Positions 17,323 through 25,522 of a stretch of DNA of 30,004 nucleotides are shown piece after piece. The position numbers were made by a program, and so were the translations under genes. Position 1 is the first letter of the stretch. Each line of letters begins with the position of its first letter. The notes beneath the pieces are model-generated. The model was not told the origin of the DNA. It did no database searches and saw only the letters and a program-made list of their open reading frames with translations. The DNA comes from a virus (taxonomy: Duplodnaviria > Heunggongvirae > Uroviricota > Caudoviricetes), in the IMG/VR virus record IMGVR_UViG_2740892439_000007, positions 1 to 30,004 of that record; one strand, 5' to 3'.

Positions 17323-17343
17323 AAAAGCGCCCATAGTGGGCGC
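17323..17343 (-). terminator. Rho-independent terminator for CDS 17357-18016 (gcgccca tag tgggcgc plus T-run on the minus strand)
   Basis: Hairpin 14 nt after the stop, followed by TTTT in minus-strand sense. Confidence 0.7.
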
Positions 17344-17356
17344 AAGATTCCATTAA

Positions 17357-18016
17357 TTACGCTTTGAAAGCATCAGCCAGATAGTTATAGAAATCATTTT
17401 TAATAAAGCGATATTGCTGCGTACCAGCTTTTGCGCTTCCCATTCCTTTGACTTTCTCAACAAGTCCAAGACGTTCGCAAAGATTGATCAACTGGTTGGC
17501 TTGAGTATAGCCAGCGTCCAATTTAATTTCGCACGCTTTTTTAGCTTCATTCATTAAATCGAAAACAGCGCCATTGGTGAACGTGTCGATCTCGTCGTTA
17601 ATCATATCGATTAAAGCGAATACACGAGATCCTGACATATCAGCGACGGAATAAACACATTTACCAGCTTTAATGGATTTAACCAGATAAACCAGTTTTT
17701 CCAGTGAATAACTATTAGTCATAGCATCACGGAAAAATACTTCTGGCGCTTGTTTACTTGCTTTAATCGCATAGTAGAAAACAGAGCATAATTTTTCGTC
17801 TTCTACTGCGTTTACGACGTTGTTGATGAAGTAAGCAAGTTTAGTGGTCGCAGCTTGCATATTTGCTTTGTCTGCTTTAGTGTGCGTACCATTTTTATAA
17901 TGTTCGTTATATGTTTGAGTTGCCAGATCTGCTTTTTCGCGCAGCTCGTCGGATACAATAGATGCAGCTTCAATGATGGACTTTTTAGAAATGATAATGT
18001 TAGCCATGATGGACAT
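17357..18016 (-). CDS. Hypothetical protein (219 aa), visibly AT-rich coding sequence
   Basis: Long ORF with its own terminator; AT-richness is a visual impression, not a count. Confidence 0.7.
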   Translation of the reverse strand: MSIMANIIISKKSIIEAASIVSDELREKADLATQTYNEHYKNGTHTKADKANMQAATTKLAYFINNVVNAVEDEKLCSVFYYAIKASKQAPEVFFRDAMTNSYSLEKLVYLVKSIKAGKCVYSVADMSGSRVFALIDMINDEIDTFTNGAVFDLMNEAKKACEIKLDAGYTQANQLINLCERLGLVEKVKGMGSAKAGTQQYRFIKNDFYNYLADAFKA

Positions 18017-18303
18017 CCTTACGAAAAATTAAAATGAATTTATTTTTTACTGTCGTTAGCCAGCTCGCTTTCGACGAGTTCAATTATCGATACGTGAAAA
18101 AGGATTGCAAGTATTTTTTTTAAATTTTTTTGCAGGGGTGAAAGTCCTAGAAATAAAAGCGAGATCGTCGAAGGTGTTCCCTAAATAAATAATCAATTCG
18201 GACTTTTAACCTTATATATTTATACAGAGTGGCATTGAATGAGTTTTAAATGAATGGCATGTAAAATAATAACCGGGCTTAGCCGGTTATTACCCTTATA
18301 GAT

Positions 18304-18828
18304 TTAAAATGGAAGGATTCGTTCAACCCAATCGAAGAAAACAAGTATTTTTCTGCCGTCTTCTAACTTAAGAGTGACCTGGCAAGCATCAACGCCTCTT
18401 GACACCCCTTCAATTTCACGACCGTCTGCCATGTAGACCCTTATAGATTGGTCGTTTTGATAAGCCTTGCGACATATCGCAAAAAAGTCACGGCGTGATG
18501 GCTGATTGTCAACATAGTCTGGATGTATTGTTAGCCTACCTTTGAACTCGCGAGCAATGCCATCGATTACACCTGATTCAATTGTGCTAATGCGCTCAAG
18601 TGGGAGTCTTATACGATTTTCTTTATCATATGGAAGCGGGCATAAATCTAGCTTATTGCGGGAAGGCATTGTCCCCTGAACGTACATGCAAAACACCTGA
18701 CCGTCTTCAAGCGTGACTCTTACAGGAATGTTGTTCTTCCGCCAGAACATAAGTATGTTTTCAGCATGTTCGTAGTCTCGCGGCCAGACTTCAGCCGGTA
18801 TGCCGTAGGTGATGTCCGATGTTCTCAT
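18304..18828 (-). CDS. Tandem Rof (YaeO)-like domain protein (174 aa)
   Basis: Two internal repeats each resembling E. coli Rof as recalled (DY...LEDG ... ExRxRLxxIS/T): VRVTLEDGQVF...ENRIRLPLERISTI and IRVYMADGREI...VTLKLEDGRKILVFFDWVERI. Confidence 0.55.
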   Translation of the reverse strand: MRTSDITYGIPAEVWPRDYEHAENILMFWRKNNIPVRVTLEDGQVFCMYVQGTMPSRNKLDLCPLPYDKENRIRLPLERISTIESGVIDGIAREFKGRLTIHPDYVDNQPSRRDFFAICRKAYQNDQSIRVYMADGREIEGVSRGVDACQVTLKLEDGRKILVFFDWVERILPF

Positions 18829-19418
18829 TCTGATACTCTTAGAGGTGTTTTCAGCAACCCAAATTTAAATTCTTTGTTACCAACGACAAAGAAGGGAACC
18901 TCAACATAGATTTTTTTATCGACGGATTTAGAGTTCGCTGTTTTCTGTATGTCACGAACGATACGTTTTGAGGCATTTTCATCGATAAACAATACCTTTC
19001 CACTTGTATTCCCTTCAGCCTTGGCGTAAGTAACGATAGGCTCTTCATCGCCAACCCTAATGTTTACTTGGCAACCTGTTGTAGCCATTTCATCACAGTA
19101 AAGTGTGCCGTCTTGAACTTCCAAAACAATTCCAGATGGCTTCATGGCTTCGTCAGAGCTTACATTAACGTTTTCTGGTACAGCGGTCCCGTTAATTTGC
19201 AACCGTAATCTTTCTTTTCCTGCATTAAGTATTGTTTCTTCTGCGTTATCTGAGAATCTGAACCAGACTGGTTGAATCAGACCTCGTGATTCGTATTTTA
19301 GTACGTCTTCAGAAGTATACATGCTGTACGTTTTTTGCATGTCGGAGACGATATCTGACAACGCATTTGCGGAAAATGACGAGAGGTATATACAAGCAAG
19401 AAGTAACGAACGTTTCAT
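18825..19418 (-). CDS. Secreted or periplasmic protein with N-terminal signal peptide (197 aa)
   Basis: MKRSLLLACIYLSSFSANA-LSD has a classic n-h-c signal peptide with AxA site; 4-bp ATGA overlap with the downstream Rof-like gene. Confidence 0.7.
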   Translation of the reverse strand: MKRSLLLACIYLSSFSANALSDIVSDMQKTYSMYTSEDVLKYESRGLIQPVWFRFSDNAEETILNAGKERLRLQINGTAVPENVNVSSDEAMKPSGIVLEVQDGTLYCDEMATTGCQVNIRVGDEEPIVTYAKAEGNTSGKVLFIDENASKRIVRDIQKTANSKSVDKKIYVEVPFFVVGNKEFKFGLLKTPLRVSE

Positions 19419-19510
19419 TTTTATACAGCGATTATTGCAAAGTAGAATTATAAATATCCAATAGTCTCAAACGATAAGTTTTCAACTGTAAATAGCAGAC
19501 GTGTTTCTCT

Positions 19511-19543
19511 AAAAGCTGTGCGGCAAAGGCGTTGTTGCCGCAC
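19511..19543 (-). terminator. Rho-independent terminator for CDS 19599-19877 (gtgcggcaa ... ttgccgcac plus T-run on the minus strand)
   Basis: 9-bp stem; AAAA on the plus strand at 19511-19514 gives TTTT after the hairpin in minus-strand sense. Confidence 0.7.
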
Positions 19544-19598
19544 TCTGTCTATTAGCTCTTCAAGTCTGGCAATTCTGAAATTGACTAAGAATCCAATA

Positions 19599-19877
19599 TT
19601 ACGGCAGTTTGCTTAGAATTTGCTCTAAATCTTCCTTTGTCATATTAGAGTTCTCATAGATGCGCATGATTTTCTCACGAGCCTTAGCAGAGACTCCAAC
19701 GGCAGATGAAACTTTGTCAAATTCAGCCATTGTCATCGCTTCCAGAATGGTATTGATAACTTCAGCCTTAGACATTTTGATGTTTTTTTCTTTTAGTTTC
19801 ATTTGAAACTTTCCAAGTTTGTCATTGGCCTTATCGGACAATGCCACCTGACAATAAGTTGTTTTCTTTTCGCTCAT
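19599..19877 (-). CDS. Hypothetical small protein (92 aa)
   Basis: Only 2 nt separate its start from the helicase stop codon. Confidence 0.6.
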   Translation of the reverse strand: MSEKKTTYCQVALSDKANDKLGKFQMKLKEKNIKMSKAEVINTILEAMTMAEFDKVSSAVGVSAKAREKIMRIYENSNMTKEDLEQILSKLP

Positions 19878-19879
19878 AA

Positions 19880-21438
19880 CTAATCTCGTTTCAGAACTCC
19901 AAAATCGAATGCGCCATCAATAGGCAATACACCTTCTGCAAAGCCAGGTGTGGTGTCGATGATGTGTTTTCGCTCATAAGAGTGAGACAACAGGTATTTG
20001 TTGCTAATGTCAATGAAATCAGTGATAAAACACACGTTTGCCTGATTCTTCTTGGCTCGTAAGCCACGACCGACACGCTGCCTCATTTCAACTTCTGCTT
20101 TCCCACCACCAGCCAGAATGACCGCACCAACGCTTGGCACATCAACACCGACATCCAGAATAGTCGAGCCTATTAAAACATCTATTTCGCCAGACGCTAA
20201 ACTGTTCAGCTTTGCTTGCCTTGTCGCCTGGTTTGATTCCCCATAGATGAAGTCAACTCTAAGGCCGGACTCCTTCATCATCTCCATCAGGATTTGCCCG
20301 TGGCGTTTAAGACGAACCAGAGTCATGCAATTGAGAGAATGTTGCTTATAGAGCAATGCTTCGCGCACAATGGCCTCGTTACGTCCCAAATTATACACGA
20401 TCCCCAACTGATAAGCCTTTTGGTAGGCTGTGCTCATACCTACTCTAAAATTGAGGTGTTTGTTGGCAAGTTCGGCTTGATTCTGGCCTCGTCTGGCTTG
20501 TAGGCAACTTTATGATAAAGGAAGTATGGTTTTGCCAGAATGCCTCTATCAATCAGGTACTTTTCCGTGACTTTTATTTCAATTCGCCCGGCCACTGCCA
20601 TCAGGCGCATGTTGGCTTCCGTCGAATCCTTCATGAACGGCGTGGCTGTAAGCGCCAGACGATAGTCTGCGTTCACACATAATCTGGCGATGTCATAGAA
20701 ATTAGAGCCTGAAGACTCATGCGCCTCTTCCAGAATAAGAAGAGAGACACTTGAAAGGAAGCGTTTCACCAACTCCCGACGTTTGAGGTGGTAGCTTTTC
20801 TTATCTGGTGTTGCATCGCGTGGTGGTTCTTCGAGGAAACTTGCAAGAGTTTGAACTGTAGCGACGTTGATATGTCGTGATACCTGGAACTCACCCGAGC
20901 CAATTACTCCAACCTTTTGGTCCTTTAACCACGGTTCGCCATTTTCGGCGCGGTAGTCGATGGATCTCTGGAAGTTTTCGGCCATTTGAAACATCAGAAC
21001 AGAGCGGGTTGTTAAAAATAATGTCATTCGACCGATACGTGCAGCTGCTTTGCAGGCAACGTTAGATTTCCCGCCACCAGTAGCGATCTGCGCAATCATC
21101 ATTCCCTCTCGAACCAGTGTTTCTACTGTCTGATCTTGGTACGCATAATCAGGGTTGTATGGAAATGGGTTAACCGCCGGATTTGGTTTACCCAGCGCCG
21201 GGGCTTTGTCTTTGCGGATATGAACACATTTGATGCCCGCCTTGTTCAAATTAGCCGCCACGGGCTTGGCAAAGCCAGCAGGGAACGAGTTTTTGCTCCA
21301 GTTGAACATTGTGCTTGTGCCCTTCCAGTCGCCAGCCTCGACTTCGTAGCTCAACATTTGCTGCACCAGTTGCTTTACCTTGTCATCTGCGCCAGAAATA
21401 AGCGCATTTACTGCGTTAGATACAATCCGAACAGTCAT
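19880..21438 (-). pseudogene. SF2 DExH-type helicase interrupted by a -1 frameshift (N-terminal part 20440-21438, C-terminal part 19880-20437)
   Basis: Motifs I (ATGGGKS), II (LILEEAHE) and III (LTATP) lie in the upstream ORF and motif VI (QRVGRGLR) in the downstream ORF; the frames change at a T4 run (plus-strand AAAA near 20447). Confidence 0.75.
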
Positions 21439-21520
21439 AAACCTCTTTCCTTAGTGCCTTTTGTATGTTATTTGGCTATTATAATAAGTAAGTGATTACT
21501 TAGTGGATTGTAGCAATAAA

Positions 21521-22201
21521 ATGGACGTAAAAATCACGATTTTGCAGGTTGATGTTGCCAACCTTCGCCCGAATACCTGGAACACCAATTCGGTTGGTGC
21601 GCAGAATTTCGAAAAACTGAAAGGTTCTATCGAAAAATTGGGCTTTTTTAAGCCAATTTTGGCTCGTGAGCTTGAAGATGGATTTTTTGAAATCCTCGGC
21701 GGCGAACATCGCTGGCGTGCTGCTATTGAGCAAGGAATTTCAACGGTTCCTGTGCTTTCTGTGGGCAAAATTAGCGATGTCGTGGCAAAACAGATGTCAC
21801 TGGTGGACAACGAGCGATACGGTGAAGACGACCAAATCGCATTGCAACGCTTCATTGAAGAAATTCAGTCAGAACTTGACTATCAACTGTCTGAAATCGC
21901 CCCGTATGACGACGAAATCTCGATGGTTTTAGCAAAAGAGGCGGCAATCGACCTTGAAGCACTGGAGGCGTTGTCTCGTGGCGGTGACGAGCCTGTCGAT
22001 ACCGACAAACGAGAGAAAACCGAACGTGTCGGTGCGGAACATCAGACCATGCGCTTCAAAGTAACCTTCGATGCGTCAGATCGCGTTGCAGAAACCATAA
22101 AAAACATCATCAAAGACCAGGCAATTAATACTGGCAATGAAATGGAAAACGCTGGTGAGGCTCTGGTGTGGCTGGTCGACTACTACAAGGAGCGTATGTA
22201 A
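21521..22201 (+). CDS. ParB-like nuclease (ParB/Srx N-terminal) domain protein 1
   Basis: FFEILGGEHRWRAA box; acidic C-terminal half; the track start at 21503 is GTG, first ATG is at 21521. Confidence 0.7.
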   Translation: MDVKITILQVDVANLRPNTWNTNSVGAQNFEKLKGSIEKLGFFKPILARELEDGFFEILGGEHRWRAAIEQGISTVPVLSVGKISDVVAKQMSLVDNERYGEDDQIALQRFIEEIQSELDYQLSEIAPYDDEISMVLAKEAAIDLEALEALSRGGDEPVDTDKREKTERVGAEHQTMRFKVTFDASDRVAETIKNIIKDQAINTGNEMENAGEALVWLVDYYKERM

Positions 22202-22869
22202 TGACCAAAAAGTTTGAAATCGTATATCGCGACCCGGCAGATCTTATTCCCTATGAGATGAATGCCAAAAAGCATGATGAACAGCAGATCCGAGATCTGG
22301 CCGCAGCCATTAAAAAGCGCGGATTTGACCAGCCAATTACGGTCGATAAGAACGACGTAATTATTACTGGCCACGGCCGCCGTGAGGCTGCAATTTTTGC
22401 TGGACTTGAGCGCGTACCGGTTATTGTTCGCGATGATCTCAGTGATGACGAGGTTCGTGCGAAGCGTCTTGAAGATAACCGACTTGCCAGCATTGATTAC
22501 GATGCAATTAAGCTACAAAAAGAGCTTGAGTCGCTTGTTCTGGACGATATCGAGGTTTTCGGCTTTGAAGAGCGTGAGTTGAATGTTCTCGTTGGCAGTA
22601 TGACAGAAGAAATGGACACCGACTCGCTAGTTATCGATCTTGGCGAAGAAACTAAACGACAGAAGGATGAACACACCGAGATCAGTCGTGAAGTTGCAGC
22701 GGAAGAAGTACGTGTTGTCGACGTATTGGGCTTTAAAACGCTCCCTGCTGGCTCTGCCATTGTTGTTGGTGATTTGCTTGCCCATATGGAAGAAATGACG
22801 GGAGAAAGCGGGGTAGACGCATTTGTGGCATATGCGGAGAAGATCTCTTCCGGGGAGATGGCTGCATGA
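22201..22869 (+). CDS. ParB-like nuclease domain protein 2
   Basis: PYEMNAKKH and IITGHGRREAA motifs; TAATG overlap with the upstream gene and AGGAG RBS. Confidence 0.7.
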   Translation: MTKKFEIVYRDPADLIPYEMNAKKHDEQQIRDLAAAIKKRGFDQPITVDKNDVIITGHGRREAAIFAGLERVPVIVRDDLSDDEVRAKRLEDNRLASIDYDAIKLQKELESLVLDDIEVFGFEERELNVLVGSMTEEMDTDSLVIDLGEETKRQKDEHTEISREVAAEEVRVVDVLGFKTLPAGSAIVVGDLLAHMEEMTGESGVDAFVAYAEKISSGEMAA

Positions 22870-23530
22870 GCAAATACATCATCAACGTATCGTTTCAGAC
22901 ACGCGTAAATAAAACCACGCGCACGTTGGAAATCGCTGAGTCGTTCGGGCTTGGCCTGGACGAAAAAGAGTGGACGCTTTACGACAATCTGGAGCTGGAA
23001 GTGAAGCAGGGCGATGTGGTGTACATCACCGGCCAATCCGGTTCCGGCAAATCCGTTGTGCTGCGCGAGTTGCAACGACAGATGAAGGATGAAGGGCTGT
23101 CTGTAGCTCCATCGATGATTTTACCTTCGATAATGAGGTTAACGTCATCGATCAGTTGGGCAAAACGACCAGCGATGCGCTTGGGTTGTTATCTATGGCA
23201 GGTCTGAACGATGCATATCTGTTTGTTCGCAAGCCTTCTGAAATGTCAGACGGTCAGAAATATCGTCTCAAGATTGCCAAACTGATTGAGTCAGGCGCTA
23301 AAGTGTGGGCTGCTGACGAGTTCGGTGCTGTTCTAGACCGTGTAACCGCTCAGGTTGTGGCATCTAACCTCCAGCGTGCCGCTCGAAAGGTTGGTGCGAC
23401 GGTAATGGTGGCGACGACTCACGAAGACCTGAAGAACGCGCTGCGCCCGGATATGCAGATCACCAAGCACTACAAAGAACGCGCGAAGGTGGAATATCAC
23501 AATGGTAGTCATGATGAGGTTCATTTATGA
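22866..23530 (+). pseudogene. ABC-type P-loop ATPase interrupted by a -1 frameshift
   Basis: Walker A (GQSGSGKS) lies in frame 1; signature-like MSDGQK, Walker B (VWAADEF) and H-loop (TTHED) lie in frame 2; the frames switch near GGG at 23094-23096. Confidence 0.7.
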
Positions 23531-24417
23531 CGGACATCATCATTAAACGCTACCGCCCTGAAGAGTTTCCGCGTCATCTGGACTTTCTGGAGCGAATGAC
23601 TGTCACAAAGGGAACTGTAGAGGACTGGCACGCTCTTAAGTCGCTTCACTACAAAACAGACGGCAAACCTTTCGCGCCAACTTACTATCGCTGCGAACTT
23701 GATGACCGTCTGGTGGGCGTCGTGGTTATGGCTTACCCGAAACTACTGTTGGCACCTCGCCACCGCATGTTTCCTAAGTTGAAACCAACCACTAATACCA
23801 CCGTGGCTAACCAGTACTGGGGTCGGTACGTGAATAACAACTTTGCGGTGATCAGTCGCTCAGTTGTGGATACTCAGTATCGTGGCGTAGGCGTCTCTTA
23901 TCGAATGATTAACCTGGTTAGCAGGATGCATGACCGGCCAATCATTGAGATCCAGTCCTCGATGAGTAAATACAATCCCTTCGCCATGAAAGCAGGGTTT
24001 AAGTTCATCCGCCCTGAGCGACCGAAGAGCTATGAAAGTGCACTGCGTGTATTCCAGCGCCATTTCCGTTCCGACCCGGGTGATAACGAGGCGATCGTCA
24101 AAGAGTTGTTCGCAATGAGCGAGTCTCGTCGTCGCCGTGCACTGCGTGATCTGGTGGCGGACTACCACAAGAACAGTTCCCTGGCAAAAGCTGGGCGGAA
24201 TCGTGGCACGACGATTCAGAACATTGCCGACAGTCTGGTGGACGAGGCCAGCATTGTGAAGCTGCTCAAGGACATTCACAACCTGAGCTTTACGTCTCCG
24301 TTGTATGGTGTGTATCGAAACCCTGACTTTGGTCGTCGACTGCCTGACACGCTGCCACTGCTGGCATTCGACAAACAACCTTTGGATAAACCGTTAGAAA
24401 TTGCTTTACCGGCATAA
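23527..24417 (+). CDS. GNAT-fold acyltransferase-like protein (296 aa) with a C-terminal extension of unknown function
   Basis: Motif-A-like VISRSVVDTQYRGVGVSYRMINLV; ATGA overlap with the upstream gene. Confidence 0.55.
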   Translation: MTDIIIKRYRPEEFPRHLDFLERMTVTKGTVEDWHALKSLHYKTDGKPFAPTYYRCELDDRLVGVVVMAYPKLLLAPRHRMFPKLKPTTNTTVANQYWGRYVNNNFAVISRSVVDTQYRGVGVSYRMINLVSRMHDRPIIEIQSSMSKYNPFAMKAGFKFIRPERPKSYESALRVFQRHFRSDPGDNEAIVKELFAMSESRRRRALRDLVADYHKNSSLAKAGRNRGTTIQNIADSLVDEASIVKLLKDIHNLSFTSPLYGVYRNPDFGRRLPDTLPLLAFDKQPLDKPLEIALPA

Positions 24418-24426
24418 GGATTTGCC

Positions 24427-24693
24427 ATGACGTTAACCGATAAACAAAAGGACATTATCAAAACGCTCAATCTCGGTTATGAGCGAGGTCATTTACTTGA
24501 TCTGGACGAATTGCTTGAAGTTTTGCCGTACAAGACAACCAAGCAAAGTATCCAGTTCTCAATTCGCGCTCTGATAAAAAAGGGGCTGGTGGAGAAAGGG
24601 CATACGCGCCAACGCAGTGACAATCGCTATCACCGCCGAACTCTTGGGTTAACCACTTTAGGTCGAGCCAAAGCGAAGTTACTGGTGATGTAA
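24427..24693 (+). CDS. Small basic protein, putative winged-helix DNA-binding regulator (88 aa)
   Basis: aagga RBS; basic C-terminus; last gene before the late-operon control region. Confidence 0.55.
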   Translation: MTLTDKQKDIIKTLNLGYERGHLLDLDELLEVLPYKTTKQSIQFSIRALIKKGLVEKGHTRQRSDNRYHRRTLGLTTLGRAKAKLLVM

Positions 24694-24720
24694 TCGGTCT
24701 GGGAGCTTATTTAAAGACCT

Positions 24721-24769
24721 GCTTCTGTATATATAAATAATAAGTAACTTATTAAATATATACGGAAGC
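24721..24769. promoter_or_regulatory. 49-bp AT-rich imperfect palindrome (gcttctgtatatat ... atatatacggaagc)
   Basis: 14-bp outer arms with one mismatch and an inner dyad (aataagt a acttatt). Confidence 0.5.
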
Positions 24770-24811
24770 AGGCTTAATAAGACATGCCCAGACCTAATTA
24801 AACACCCCAGA

Positions 24812-24849
24812 AAACAAGTTGGTTAGCAGATGCAGTAAACAAGTTGTTT
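24812..24849 (+). promoter_or_regulatory. Two operators (24812-24824, one mismatch; 24837-24849, perfect) with centres 25 bp apart, upstream of the late operon
   Basis: Same AAACAA-G-TTGTTT family, but different spacing from the early cassettes and no extended -10 between them. Confidence 0.6.
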
Positions 24850-24850
24850 T

Positions 24851-24880
24851 AGAGCGCATGGACGCGCTCTGTGTGTTTTA
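24851..24880 (+). terminator. Hairpin (agagcgc atggac gcgctct) plus T-rich tract immediately upstream of TerS
   Basis: 7-bp stem followed by gtgtgtttta; the TerS RBS overlaps the T-rich tail. Confidence 0.5.
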
Positions 24881-24889
24881 GAGGGATCT

Positions 24890-25522
24890 ATGACGGTCGA
24901 AAAAGACGAGGTAAAAACTCGCCTGACACCAGCGGAGTGGGCCGAAGCTGAAGCCAAATGGACGTCAGGCGAATATACACTCTCAAAGCTGGAGGAAGAG
25001 TACGGCATTCGTCGTGAAACACTCTCCAGACATTTCAAAAAGCGAGGATTAGAGAAAGGCGCGGACTCTGTTGGGAAGATGGTTCGTGAGTCTCTTAAAT
25101 CTGACGCAGAGCTTCGCGCTAAAGCCCGTGCGGAAAAGATAGAAGAACGTCGTACACGTTATGACGGCTGGGCGTATGCGTTGGGGCAGATGGTGATGGT
25201 CGAAGTCACTACGGCCAAACGTGAGAGTAAGCCTTTAGGGGCGATTGAGGATTCTCTCAAGAGCTTACAGAGAGCCAGTAATACCCTTGCAAAATGCTTT
25301 GAAGTTTCGTCCAAAGCATTGGGCATGGATCATGCGGAAAATGACGAGGAAGAAATTCCGAACCTGGTATTTGGTGAGCTTACACCTTCCCAGGTGGCGA
25401 AATTACGTCAGGAAGACGACGAGCCTGAAATCATCGATGACGAATTGCTTGAGACGTTGGAAGAAGAAGCTCTAAGCGAATTTGATGCGACAGATGATGG
25501 AAGTGAAGGGGAGGACGAATAA
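24890..25522 (+). CDS. Terminase small subunit candidate (210 aa)
   Basis: Position directly upstream of TerL; acidic C-terminal tail; stop overlaps the TerL start. Confidence 0.6.
   Translation: MTVEKDEVKTRLTPAEWAEAEAKWTSGEYTLSKLEEEYGIRRETLSRHFKKRGLEKGADSVGKMVRESLKSDAELRAKARAEKIEERRTRYDGWAYALGQMVMVEVTTAKRESKPLGAIEDSLKSLQRASNTLAKCFEVSSKALGMDHAENDEEEIPNLVFGELTPSQVAKLRQEDDEPEIIDDELLETLEEEALSEFDATDDGSEGEDE

Noticed and set aside
17151-17345. 64-aa version of the small minus-strand ORF
   Set aside because: Its N-terminal extension runs through the terminator hairpin of the upstream gene; the internal ATG at 17309 with an AAGGAG RBS is preferred, and even that is low confidence.
19880-21438. Helicase halves as two genuine separate genes
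   Set aside because: Motifs I-III and motif VI of a single SF2 helicase are split between them and the downstream frame is open across the junction. A frameshift is more parsimonious.
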